NCBI GenBank assembly: GCA_964035545.1
Contig: CAXIUT010000060.1
Span: 1-45,769 of the forward strand
DNA length: 45,769 bases
Source of the DNA: Bugula neritina
Taxonomy: Eukaryota > Animalia > Bryozoa
Reading direction: 5' to 3'
Within the stretch, counting starts at the first letter, position 1, and every line of letters starts with the position of its first letter. Below, one piece after another: positions 1 to 13,775 of the stretch. Position numbers and translations under genes: made by a program. The notes beneath the pieces were generated by a model. It searched no databases. It saw only the letters and a program-made list of their open reading frames with translations, and was not told where the DNA came from.

Positions 1-81
1 CCCAACCCCAACCCCAACCCCAACCCCAACCCCAACCCCAACCCCAACCCCAACCCCAACCCCAACCCCAACCCCAACCCC
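1..81. repeat. Left telomere, (CCCCAA)n
   Basis: Perfect C4A2 array from base 1; Tetrahymena-type ciliate telomere repeat. Confidence 0.98.
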
Positions 82-210
<129 letters not shown>

Positions 211-265
211 ATCGATCAAATATAATATTTTATCTTTATAATAAGTATTTATTGATTAATAAAAA

Positions 266-2916
266 TCATGAATTTGGATTTTTTCTTACTATTAGTGAAG
301 AATTCTTCTCTTTTAACTGTTTCTTTATCTTTATTTTATTGGTTTATAAAGTTTTATTTAAAGGACTTTAGATATTTTAGTCTAAAATGTATTAGCCTTT
401 TCTTTATTATTAGAAATTATTCATTTTCTCTCTTTTCTCTATCTTGATTTCTGGTTTGATCTTATTATTGGGGCATATAAGTTTAATTATACCATAAATA
501 AAAACAAAAATTGAGTACAAAAGAAAAAGAAACTGATGAACTGAACCTAAAAAGTATACAGTTAAACATGCTATCGATGTTAACACTAAAATTTAATTCG
601 AAGAACACCAATAGAAAATCAAGAAACAAATATGAAATAGAAGTGGATAAGTTGAGAGGATAAAACTGTTAAGCCTTTGCTATTTTTTCTTAAAAGCTAC
701 ATATACTCCTAAAATAGTATAAAGCAGGATGACTATCAAAATATGATAGGATTTGGAAGAAGAACTAGACATGGATAAATGAAATTCGATTGACAAAGAT
801 ACCATTATTACACAAGTTATGCAGTTATTAATTGACTTAAAGTTATTTATTGTTGTTTTGTTATTTTCTTTGTTTTTTTCTCTTCTTTTAAAGCTTAGCC
901 ACTCTTCAAGTAAAGCTCCTTTTTTTTCTTATTATGGTTTTTAATTTTTTTAGGACTAAGAGATAAATCAGGCTTTTTTTATAAAGAATTGTTTTTCCAG
1001 TGAACTTCCTTATTTTGTTTTTTCTGCTTTTTTTTACCTTTTTTTTTTTGACTTTTATTTCTTGTAAAAGAAAAATCAAGGTCTACTTTTAAACCAATAT
1101 TTGGAGTCATCATAATAATTTTACTAGTTTATTTCTTTACTTATTTTTATTATTTTTGCTTTTAGAGCTGTTTTTCTTTTGATTTAAGCTACTATTTTTC
1201 TATTTTTCTGATCTATAAAAGTTACTTTTACTTCCCTTGAAGAAGATCAAAAAAGTAGTAGATGGGGAATACCAGAGCAACAAAATAAATAAAGGTATAA
1301 GTCAACATGTTAATTTTGCTGCTAAAATTTCTTAATCCTCCTTCTAAGATGATAAAAGTCCAAGGAAGAGTCAAAGGTATCAACATATTTATCAGATAAC
1401 CATAGAAGAAATTCCATTTTTCTTTATTTATTAGTTTTTTGAAAGGATTACTTTGGGATAGATTAGAGCAAAGCAGCTGAATTATCAGAATAATTATTAT
1501 GTATCCGAAAAGTAGAATAAAGGCTACTATATTATTCGAAAAATAGTTTGAAGAAATAGAAAAGGATAAGGCCTTTTTTCTATTGACTTTTTCTTTGCCC
1601 AATGGAGGTATTGAGATATCAATGCCTAGTGATGAAAATATATTAGTATTTAGTTTATTGTAAGTCGTTGAAAGGTAGTCATAGATTTTATCAGGGATAG
1701 GAAAGTTAAGGAACACATAAAGACTACAGATGGTTAAGTAGTTAAGAAAACCTAGAAAATACATAGTGAGAGGCAAAGTTGTGAGGACAGTTGATATTTA
1801 ATTGCCTATTTATGTTGTAACTGTTAAAGAATCATTTAAAGTAACTATTATTTGGGCTTATACTTCAGTTAATTCAGTAGGAAGAACCTATTATTATTAT
1901 TATTATTCAATAGGTGGAGAAGATGTAATGTAAAGCTGTTCTAAAAGATTATCATTGCAAATAAAGATATTACCTTGATAGTCACCCGTATAAGTAGTAG
2001 CTGGGATAAACGAAGTAGAATATTGCATATTATTATTGGTCAGATCGACTAATATGGTTGCTGTCTGGCAAAAGGCTACTATGTAGGAGTTGTTTGAGCC
2101 AACAAAGTGAACATAATGTATGACATCATTGATAGTGATGTTGTAAAGAATGTCATAAGTAACCATTTAAATGATTTGAATTGGGTTATAGCCATCAGAT
2201 TCGATTATTAAGAGAGTAGAGTCATGGTTCCAAGTTAAATTGTTTGTCGCTCCACTTGTAGGAACAACATCTGGATAATGAGTGTGTTATTTATCAATAT
2301 CAGGATACTAATAGATTCTGACGATTGAAAATTGAGTCCAAGCTCCTCCCCACTTGAAGTCTGGAGAGAGAACCATTCCTTGATAAAATTAATTCAATTT
2401 TTAGTCTTCTTATTTGTCTCCTGTATCCTACTATACTGTCCAAAGTTATGATTTTCCACTTCCTCGAGCAATGAAGAATTTGTATACAATCGATCCTTAA
2501 ATGGAAATATCATCTGAAACATCATTTTTTTAAACTTCACTTCTAGTGCCGTTATAGGAATAGTTAGCATTTAAATGATAAATATAAAAGCCTCCAATAG
2601 GATAGATAAAGCTTGTATCGAAAACTACTTTAGTTGCTAAGCTGTCTACTCCAAAGTTAGTAACTGTTGGAGATAATATAGTTACGTTGATTGTGTCAAT
2701 ACTTGTGAGAGAACCTTTGAACCAACTCTGATATGTTCCAAGAGTGTTGAGATGATGAACCGATGTGTTTCTTGCAATTATTTTTCTACACCTATCTCCT
2801 GCAAGGCCATAGTTATTAATGCTGGTGGATGAGATAGAACTCATTGAGAAAGAAGAATTTCCAAACCTATAAAGGGTACTTGAAGCGATGCTGATCAATA
2901 AACAGTAAAAGAACAT
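266..2916 (-). CDS. Signal peptide + beta-rich (WD40/propeller-like) ectodomain + multi-pass TM protein, paralog A (apparent indels near 610 and 740)
   Basis: With TAR=Glu the ORF-track fragments 2530-2916, 1903-2166 and 1228-1776 join in one frame. Shared family motifs YFLGFLNY, NFPIP, EKWNF, TLPWTF, EEWYLCQSNF. Ends TCA-TGA at 266. Confidence 0.85.
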
Positions 2917-3450
2917 TTATGTTTCTTTTTAAAAATAGAATATAAAGAACAATTTATAGAAGCTAATTTAAATATAATTAATCAAAAGTAAGTTATGTTA
3001 AAATTAGAAAGGATAAAATTCAAATTAAACTTAGTTTTAAATATTTTTTTATTAATATTTAATAGATAGATAGATAGATAATGGATACAAAGTATCATGC
3101 CCTTTCGGGTTAATCTATAAAAAAATTTTTGTTTTTGTTTTTTGACTCATTATACTCACTCCTAAACTCCCTTACTCAAATGACTACCAAAATAGATTTT
3201 TTCCCCGCCCTTAATGAAAAGGGAAACGCTTAATGGGATCCACCATGGCAAGCATCTAGTAACTCTCTCATCTCTCTTTTCCACCCTCTTTCCCTACTTC
3301 TTCTTCCTCTTTTTCTTTCTCCTGATCATCCATAAAAGTATAAAAAGATAAAAGAAAATATTTAATATATAATTATGCTTCATGATTTTTAATTGATAAT
3401 TTATAAGAGTAGAAAATAAAAAGAAGAATTATATCAAATCTATTTCAAGA

Positions 3451-6100
3451 TCATTAAAGTTTAGGAGGCTTATTAGGAGTAAACCTCGATACCAAGAACC
3501 CTGCATCTGTAAACTATATTTACCTTCTTACTGTAGACAAACGAATCTTATTCAATGACATAGTTTTCTCTTTCAAAGGAGATTGAATCTATAAAGAACT
3601 CATTGGTTTCTTCTCTAAAGAAAAAGATTTCTTATTATATTGATCCTTAACTTTCTTCTTAGTTTAACTACAAAAATTATTCTTAATAACCTCATAGAAA
3701 AAGTAAAATATTTAGTAAATAGCGATGAGAAGATGATGAGTTGACCCTATTAAGTAAATAGCCAGACAAATGATAGAAGTTATTATCAAAACGTTCATAG
3801 AAGAAGACCAGTAGAATATCATAAAGCAAATATGGAAAAGAAAGGGATACAAAGAGGTTATTCTACTGTTAAATTTCTGTTTTTATTTTTTGAAGGCTAT
3901 AATAACTCCCATAAAAGAGTAAAACAATATTATAATCAAGAAAAATTAAGGATTTGGTAAGAGAACCAGAAATGGATAGATAAAATTTGACTGGCACATA
4001 TACCACTCCTCAACAACCTCTACTGTCAAGAGATCAGTCAAGTATAAAGGCTTTTATTTGTATGATATTTACTATTATTACTTATTGGATTTTTAGATTT
4101 ATTGCTTTGAAACTTTACTTTTTGAGAAATTACCACCTGTTTCTGGAGTTTCAATTTTTGACGATCTCTTTGGAAGTTAATCTAGCCACTTTAAGTTTCT
4201 CGTTGTTTGGTTATTGCTTTTTTATACTTGCTATCCTTCAGATATTTTTTAGTTATTTTATGGAGAAATTAATGCGAAAGCTGGTCTCTTTCTTGGCTTA
4301 AGTTTTTATTTAGATCTTTTTCGATTGTTTTTCATTTTTTTCAAATACTATTATTTCTCCTGCTTTCTTTGTTCTATTAGTTAACTTTATTTATTTTGAA
4401 CAATATCAAAAAGATAGTAGATAGGAAAGACAAAGGCAACAAAAAATGAGAATACATATATAAGATACCCCATTTTGCTTCTAAAATTATTAACTCCTCC
4501 ACTAAACATCAGAAAAGTCCAAGGTAAAGTGATAGGTATTATCAAGCCAACTATATACCCAAAAACAAAATTATATTTTTAATTTTCAACATATTTCCTA
4601 AAAGAATTACTCCGATCCAAAGGCTGAGCTATTATTTGCATAAAGATCACTATGACAATACTAGTCATCAAAAAGATAAAGGAGGCTAAGTTGTTAGGAA
4701 AAACATCAGAAGATATTGAAAAAAATAGAGGTCTATTTCTGTTGACTTTTTCTTAACTGATGGAAGATATGCCGACATTTATCTATGCGTATGTAAAGAA
4801 GTTAGAGTTCATTTCGTTGTAAGCATTGGCCAAGTGTTTGTAGACTGGTTAGGGGATAGGAAAGTTGAGTAAGACATAGAGACTTCCCAAAGTAAAAAAG
4901 TTCAAGAAGCCAAGAAAGTACATAGTAAGAGGTAGAGTTGTTGTGAAAGTAGTCATGACACTTGATGTATCTGAACTAACAGATAATGAATTTTGAAGCA
5001 TTGTAACTGCCACTTCTTATTGATCGTTCATATCAAGAGTTTTATAGAATTAACTTTAGTCTATTTAGCTATTTGATGCCTTTAGAATTGTTTCAAATAT
5101 AATTTCTAGTTTTTAAAAGGTATTATTAGAACATTTAAAAATATTACCTTATTTATCAGTTATTGCAGCTGTAGCTTAAATAAAAGAAGTTTAATACTGT
5201 TTATTTGAAGTGAGATTAACGAAAATAGTTGAACTTTGACAGAATACAACTAAGATAGTGTTATTTGTATCCATGAAATGAACTGATTTGATCACTTAAG
5301 TGATATTGATGCTATAAATGACTTCTGCAGTACTTATATTGATCACCTGGATTGGATTATAAGAATCTGTCTCAATTATCAAAAGAGAAGAATCTTGACT
5401 GAATGTTATTGTGTTTGTACTATTATCTATTAAAGGACTTATCTTTGGAACAATTGTATGGATTAGACTGATCGTAGGGTTTAATTGATAGATATAGATA
5501 GTGGAAGATGATGACCAGCCTACAGCCCATGAGTAATCCTATGAAATAACCATATCTTTGAGATTCAATCCTAAATAGTAATTTTATTGACTCATGCCAG
5601 TGACTGGATTAGTTTTTCTTATCAAAGATTATCCACTACTAGTATTAATATAAAACTTATATACAGTTTATCCCTAAATGAAAATTCTATCAGAAATACT
5701 TGACCTTAAAGATCTACTAACTACTATTAAAAGAATAGTTAGAGTATAACTGATAGATGAAAAATCCTCCATCAGGATAAACAGCTGTCGTATCGAATAT
5801 CAATGTGGTTCCATCAATATTAGCTCCAAAAGATGTAACATTCAAGGAACCTGTAGTCACATTGATTTTATCAATACTTTAATCCAAAGAACTCTTTAAC
5901 CAACTTTCGTAGACAGATAGAGTGCTCATATGATATATTGTATCATTTCGGATTATGAGCTGACTACAAGTATCAGACTACGGACCATAAGAATAAAGGT
6001 TTCCTGAAGAAACTGAAGCTATTGAGATACTAATATCTTCAAATGAGTAAAGAGCAGCTATGACTGAGCTAGCAAGGAGAAATAGAATTCGAACAAACAT
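3451..6100 (-). CDS. Multi-pass TM receptor-like protein, paralog B (one apparent 1-nt insertion near 5704)
   Basis: MFVRILFLLASSVIAA signal peptide; same motifs (YFLGFLNF, EEWYMCQSNF, FHICFMIFYWSSS); ends TAA-TGA at 3451. Confidence 0.85.
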
Positions 6101-6250
6101 TTAAATTTATAATGTTCGAAACAAGAGTATGATTTCAATATCTATATTAAAATGATTTTAGATAATTTTATCGATATTTAAATGAATTTTATATCTTTCC
6201 TTAAAAGTAAATATAGAAAACTTTAAAACTTTATAATTTCTATAATATAG

Positions 6251-9200
6251 ATGCGACCTAAAAAGCCCATTTATCCCACCGAAGATCCATTTACTTCCGA
6301 AGCAGCCTTGAAATCTTTATCCCTTCTGTACTCTATCTGTCATTAAGGTATAAATAAAAAGATTACAACAAACTTGCTTCCAAATTAAGAAACTATCAGC
6401 ATTTAGCTCTTAGTTTACAAGCTCAACCTGCCCTCGATAGTCAACATCTCAATAGAATATAAGGAAATCTCATCATGTTCAATCATCTTATCCATGAAAT
6501 TCATCTTAATTGCGATTGTAGTTTTATTTTAATGAAGAAATTTAAGAAGATCTATCATCATTAGGATTTAGAAATCACTCAGATATTCTTGATATACTTG
6601 CACAAACTCTTAAAATAATGCATGAGTATATGTAAAGAAACGTTAGATAAGAACTTGCCGAATGTATTCAAGAAGGATAAAAATCAAAACAAAAAGTATA
6701 AATATGTCCTTTATGCCACTAACTCCAATAAGTCAACAGAATTAAAAAATTAAAAAATGATTTTGGATTAAATTAACACGATTCTTTACATCTATTCTCA
6801 AAAAGATAACTATAGTAATAAATATCAACCAAATAAACTGAAGAATTCATTGAAATGATCAACAACCTTTTAAACAAAAAGTAAAAAATATTAAATCTCT
6901 CCTTCAACACCAATAAACTACATAGTTTAGTAGAATCGATTAATAAATTAAACAACTTTAAATAATAAATCAATAATAATCATAGAGAACATATCAATAG
7001 TCGGAAAAGAGTTAAATAATATAAATAACCTTAGTCTTATTCAGTCAAAGAGTTAAATAAATAAAATTAAGAACTAGAAAACTAACATAAAAAAATAATA
7101 TAAGATATTCGATCAGTAATCACATCCAAATATAAGTAAAATTATATCGCAAGAATTAAAGATCTTCTTGGAAGATTCTAATAATCTCTAAAAAATGATC
7201 ATTCCTTCAAAGTTTAAAGAAAAAACTTTATAAATGTCATATCCACATAAAGTCAAGTATTTTATATCATAAATAGACCATTCAAAGTCCATAGTCATTT
7301 CAAATCACTCTTCTTAAAGAACAAATCTAAGAAAAAGATAAATAAATTATAGGTATCAAGGAAGGTAGAGCAAGAATGGAAGAAAGATTTATGGGACTTC
7401 TTTAAAACTAAAGAAAAATCATTCATAATCTTACTAATAAAGATCTTAAAGCCAATATTCTCAACAATTAAATAGAATAAAAATCAAAATAAATATAGTA
7501 TGTTATCTTTAATATAGAAACCTTAAAATATCACTCAGAAAAATGTAAGTTTAAAAAGAACAAGAATTCGAATAACAATTTTTATCAACCCATAAAATAA
7601 GCAATAATTGTAGCTAACCTACTACTAAAAAAACACTAAAAGAACTAAAGAAAGAAAGAATAAAAACTAAATCATACAAAAAAACATAAAGTTAATAATT
7701 CGGAATTCAAACTGAAGTTGTAGTATAGCTTGATTTGCAATCTGATTTGGTTGAATCTAACAATGGAAGTATTCAAAATTCAGGTAGAAAAAAATTATTA
7801 AAGAAAATGTCTAAGTTTCTTTTCAATTTACATGAAAATAACGATAAAAATAAAAATAATGATAAATAAAGATACAATCTCAGAAGTAGAACAGTCAATC
7901 TACATTTCTAAAAGATAAGTGAAATATAAAAATAAAATCAACTTTAATGCTATGATTATTAATCTTATCACTTTGGAGAGAATTAATCATAAAATAATAA
8001 TTAACTTTATCAATCAAACAGTGACTTGAGTCTCTCAAAAAGAAAATAAAAAAGTAAATATTTTACAAATAATAGAAAACCTAAAAGCATGTTCAAAGAT
8101 TCAAGTAATCTATCTAAAACAATGACCATTAGATAGTAATAATAAGAATTCTTTAAGAGATAAAGTTCAGATAGAGCCATAAAAACATAAACTTCATAAT
8201 TCACTACTAAAAAATCAATAGGAAACAATCTAAAAAATAACAACAAATCAACTAAAATACTAAAATCATAAAAATAATTATCTTTTCAACATGCTAAACA
8301 CTAAAATAAATAATATAAAGCACATATTGATACTCCTATAAAAAAGACTTATCATCTCAACCAACCTAAACTCCTATAAGACATACCATCAACACTAGAT
8401 CAGTATAATTCTCTTGTAAAACAAAAATAAAACAAAATAAGAATAAATAAATTTTAAAGAAAACATTCAAACAAAACCTAAAAATAAAAAATAAAAGAAA
8501 TGATGATGTTCCTTAAATCTAAAAAAAACAAAGATATTCATCTATCTCAAAATAATACTCTTAATCATACGCTTAAAATTATAGATAAATCAGATCATAT
8601 ATAATAAGCACAATAAAATTAATCAGATCATTCAATTAGACATTAAAAATAGTTATAGAATAAACCAGATAAATAATTTAGATGTGATTTCAAGTCAATT
8701 AGGTCAATGAAATCCATGAAATCTATTAAATTTGTTGAGTAAAATATACCTTAAGCTATCAGAAATGCTAAAATAATTATTTAGTGTGAATATCCTTATC
8801 TCAAAGCTACAGGATTTATAAATTATTTGCTTTCAATAGGCAAGAAATTATCAATAATTTAAAAAAACAGCTTAAAATATCAATTCTAATGGACTCATAT
8901 CAACTAAAGTGATCTTCAATTATTCGGAGGAATCTAATAATTAAAAAAATATCATAAACAAAAAGGTACATGGAAATAACTATTACTATAATAATAAATA
9001 CTAAAAATCAATTCTAAATACAACCTCTTTATCTCAAAAATAATAAAATACTTTAACCTTCTCAAAAAAATGAATACCTAATTACATAGATAATATTTAT
9101 TCTTCGTCTTATCTCCTCTTGAATATGCTATTAATTCTTTTGATATGGAATAACTGGAAGATATCGAATGGAATAAATAAGAATATTATTCAAAATAGAA

Positions 9201-9339
9201 GGAAAGACAAGGAAGGGAATAATAAATTTTATATTAAGGGTTATTAAAAATAATGAAATACCATGATAAATATCATGATAATTGCTAGCATATTAGTCAT
9301 TTTCTATAAAAAATAGGATATTATCGTTATCAGATCTGA
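6251..9339 (+). CDS. Hypothetical ~1000-aa K/N/E-rich protein with probable tiny introns near 6340-6361 and 6518-6537
   Basis: Starts MRPKKPIYPTEDPF, continues MHEYMERNVREELAECI..CPLCHE, ends KYHDNCEHISHFLEKIGYYRYQI-TGA. Middle not checked codon by codon; exon structure inferred. Confidence 0.6.
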
Positions 9340-9413
9340 TAGTTCATTTTGTTATCATCTAATTTTGTAAATTATAGTTATTCAATATATTTAAAAAATA
9401 ATTAGTTAAAAAA

Positions 9414-10376
9414 ATGATCTAATAAGAATCAATACCTCCTTCATCATAGAGAAAAACAACCTAAAACCTAGATTAAAAAACAACAATAAAAAATGAATAA
9501 ATCGACTCTGAATCAATCCATCCATGTCGTTCTAAAAATTGCTGCTATCTTCTATCATCAATTCTTTTTATCTGTCTTTGCTTCTCCTTATACCTTCTTC
9601 TATTTTCCGATCCCTTTGACAATCTAAATTTATAAATAAAACCTAAACCCAAATAAGTAAGCAATAAATTCAAACATGATAACAAATGTTTTACTGAAGG
9701 ACTGTCTTTTATCAACAAAACACATATCATATAATCATGCGGATTACGAAATAAATCATATTTCAGAATAATGAAGTACAGCCATAACTAAAATAAACTA
9801 TAGTAAACTTATAGATCTAAAATAATAAATTAAAGTTTATTCCTTGAAGGAAATACGTACTTTCCAGCCAATAACTTGCTCTACTTTCTCACCTATAAAA
9901 AACAAATTGCTATCAGATACACCATAGGAGAGTAAATCATAGAAAAAGATAGAATTAAATGGTCAAAAAAATAAGGATGGGGAATGACTCATAATTATAC
10001 TCACCTAATAATCAGTACAGGAAGTTATAACCTCTATGTTACAGATGGCGACCTCAATATCCTCTAAACCATTGTTGTAAAGGATTAAAATGGTTATCCA
10101 AAAAGATCATTGAATGAGCTTGAGTATGTTGTAGAGGATAATAAACCTTTTATTTATGCGAACATTTTTGAGAAAGATATTATAGTCAAGATCGACTATA
10201 AGAGTGGAAATATCGTAAAAACTTTTAATATGACAAAATATGTGTAAAAATAATTAGGTTTGAAATTGAAAGGACAGAAAGTTTTGAATGGAATAGTCTA
10301 TGACAAAGACAATAAATAGTTTATGATTACTGGTAAACTATGGAATTCCATGTATAGAATAAAAAACTTTTAATGA
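9414..10376 (+). CDS. Type I (plant/bacterial-type) glutaminyl-peptide cyclotransferase with N-terminal TM anchor, 320 aa
   Basis: Motifs in canonical order: HDNKCFTEGL, IIESCG, FLEG, EGWGMT, LNELEY, IYANIF, VLNGIVYD, FMITGKLW. Intact frame. Confidence 0.92.
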
Positions 10377-10942
10377 TTGTTTTCATATCTAATAATAGAG
10401 GACATTTAAATAATATAGAAATAACCTTCTTTTAGTATCAATCCAAGTTCTAGGACTACTTAACTTGATAGAAATAACAGATGATTAGGTTTATTCTCTT
10501 GTTTATAGATTTTATATTAAATAATTATCAAAATTTATGAGCAAATAGAATGATCAACTTCAATGAGATTATATTTAACTTAAACAATATCTAATAGACG
10601 ATATCATTAAGTTTATTATCACCTTATTTGATAAATTTTACCCTTATTTCTAATAATAAAAACAAAATAATAATTTTCATATCAATCTATTAAATCATAT
10701 ATTCAAAGACTTTTATATCTAAAATAAATGAATATTGCCTATCCCATTCTAAAAATGAAAAGTTCTTTATCTAAAACTGACTTTCAAATTTAATAAATAT
10801 ATTATATTTCTATTTTAATAAAGTATTTATAATCTGATAATAACAAAATAACTTATTTTCTTTTGCTACAAATTCCCATTTTATTTCAATATTCTTGTAA
10901 TTTAATTCAATAAATAATAAGTTATAATTATAATGTTATTGA

Positions 10943-13621
10943 TCATGATTTTTTGGGTCGATATTGCAAATTAGATGTAAATTTATTATTTTATTTTAAA
11001 CATTTCTTTATCTTACTTTGTTTTGGCACTGAAACAGAAACCTGCTTATCTTAGTCATTTTTCTAATCTTTAAATATATTAAGCGCAAGTTCCTTCAATA
11101 CCTTTTTCTTCTTCAAAGGAGTTTGAGGCGAAACTCTATTCTTCTTACAGTATTTTACAACTATCTCGTACAAAAATACACAAGATTCATAAAGCAAAGT
11201 TATGAAGTGATGAATAGATCCAAGCAAATAAACAATTAAACAAGCTATAGTTGTAAAAACAATCATCTCAGTAGAAGAACTCCAATAGAAAACCATGAAG
11301 CAAACATGAAAGAAAAAAGGATAAAGAGACAAAACAAAACTATTTAGTCTTTGTTTTTTCTTCTTGAAACCTATGTAAATACCCAAAGCTGTAAACAAAA
11401 AGATCACGATCATAAAATACAAAGGATTAGCCAGCAACACAAGGCAAGGATAGATAAAGTTAGCCTGACAAAGATACCACATCTATAGTATTTAAAAGGT
11501 AACTAGGTCACTAAAAGTTAATGGCTTTATTGGTACTTATTTTTACTTGTTTAAATCTTCTTCATAACATTCAACTTTCAGAAAATTGAATCTACTGTTT
11601 AATTCCTATTTTTTAATCTTTCTTAAATATGTATTTTTATTGTCTTCTACTTATTACTATTTGTTATCCCTTCTGGCCTTTTTCTCTTTCTTATTTTTCT
11701 TATTTTTTCCTAAAGAATTTTAGTTTTTTTATACTTTTCTTATCAGCTGATGTGGCATACTAAAGTTGAATACTCGTCTATTTTATAACCATTTTCTATG
11801 TTTTTCTCTTTATTATTTTTCTATCCTTCTTTTCATCAACAACATTTTTTATCTATCTGATAAAAGATCAAAGAAGTAGTATATTGGAAATACTAGAGCA
11901 ACGAAGTAGACAATTATGTAAGCCAACATGTTTAGTTTACTTCCTCCATTTCTTACTCCTCCCTGAAGCATCATAAAAGTCCAAGGCAGAGTGAAAGTAA
12001 TAAAGGTGTTTATCAAATAACCATAGAAGAAATTCCATTTTTCTTTAGATAAAAATCTTCTTAAAGGATTAGTTCGAAGACAATACGAACTTAGAAGTTG
12101 AATTCCTAGCATAGATAGAATATTAACTAGCAAAAAGATAAAAGAAACCAAGTTACTGGGTACAGTATCTGATGAAACTTAGAAAAAAAGAGGTTTTTTT
12201 CTATCAACTTTTTATTGACTTAGATCTCCAATATCTAGGTCAATTCCTAAATAAGCAAAGAAGTTGGCATTGATTTAATGATATACTGTTGATAAGTAGC
12301 GATAGATTGGTTCTGGAATAGGAAAATTCAAAAGGACATAAAGACTACACATAGTAAAATAGTTGAGAAACCCTAAAAAGTACATTGTTAAAGGCATAGT
12401 AGTGACAAAATTAGATATTATACTTGTCACATTACTAGTCACTTTCAAAGAACTGTTTAGAATTTCGATTGTTTTTGCTTAATTGTCACTTAAAACTAAA
12501 GAATTATAAAAAGAACTTTCTTCATCTTAAGTTTAGTTTGAAGCTGAACTTGAAGGAGGTGAGCTTGCTGGGGAACTTGAAGGAGGTGAGCTTGCGGGGG
12601 AACTTGCAGGTATAATTCTTGTAAAATTGACTTGAAATTAACTGAGATCATTATTACTACAAGTATAGAGATTATTATTTTGATCAGCCATTGCTATTGT
12701 TGCTGATATAGCTGGAGTACTATATTGATTTCCATTTGTTAAATCAACAAAGATAGTAGAAGTTAGTCCAAAGACAACCATGATAGAACTATTTGCATCT
12801 AAGAAGTAGGCTGATTGGATTGTATCGCTTATGTTTATACTATGAATGACTGAACTGTTTCCCAAATTGATGACTTGAACGGGATTATAGCTGTCTGTTT
12901 AAACTATTATCATCGAAGAATCTTTGCTAAATGTTACTATTCCTGTTGTGTTGGCTGGAGGAGTAGAAGAAGGAGTTTTTGTATGCTTCAAAGATATTGA
13001 AGGTTAAATTTGGTAGATTTTAATGGTTGAAAGTTATGTCCAACCAACTGCCCATTGAATATCAGGCGAATAGACCACATCAGTTAAGTTAATACCAAGA
13101 GGATATTTTCGAATACTCAAGCCTGATGTTGAGTTATTTCTTCTTAATTAAGATGTACCACCATAGTTTTTATAAAATTTGTAAATATTGGATCTCTAAA
13201 TAGTTACTCTACTAGCAATAGTTCCTTTATAAATAGTTGATTCATTATCAAAGGAATAGTTGGCCTTTAGGTTATATAAAATGAACGATCCTGTTGGGTG
13301 AGTAGCCTTTTATTAGAACAATATTTTAGTTCCTGCTATATCAGCTCCAAAATCTACTATTCCAGAAGAAAGGCTACTCACATTTTTAGTGTCAATAGAA
13401 GTAGATAGTGACCCTTTCAACCAACTTTCGTAGATATAGAGACTACTCAGATGATAGATAGATGTGTTACGGATGATAAGTTTTTTGCAAGTGTCAACAG
13501 AAGGACCATAATATGAAAGAGTAGTTGAAGAGGTAAGATTGACTTCAATTTTTGCATCTATAAAGGAATAGAGAGTGCAACGAGTCAAACTTACCAATAG
13601 AAATTGAACCAGGACTAACAT
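10943..13621 (-). CDS. Multi-pass TM receptor-like protein, paralog C, 892 aa
   Basis: ORF-track fragments 13313-13621, 12638-12865, 11849-12151 and 11063-11482 share one frame. Length is divisible by 3, family motifs are present, and there is a Ser/Pro stalk. Confidence 0.9.
12546..12606. repeat. 27-bp coding tandem repeat (about 2.3 copies) encoding an SSPASSPPS stalk in paralog C
   Basis: GAACTTGAAGGAGGTGAGCTTGC(T/G)GGG at 12546 and 12573. Confidence 0.85.
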
Positions 13622-13775
13622 TTTTTTAAATTATACCTATAGAATTAATAGAATATTTTAAATTAGAATATAAAGAAAATTTATTTTTATCTTTCAAACT
13701 GTATTCATAGATTTTTGATTGATATCTATCCTATATTAATTATTTTTACAATAAATTCAGATTATATTAAATATA

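Noticed and set aside
10390-10900. Possible small minus-strand gene starting MGICSKRK
   Set aside because: No consistent exon chain or motif could be built by eye
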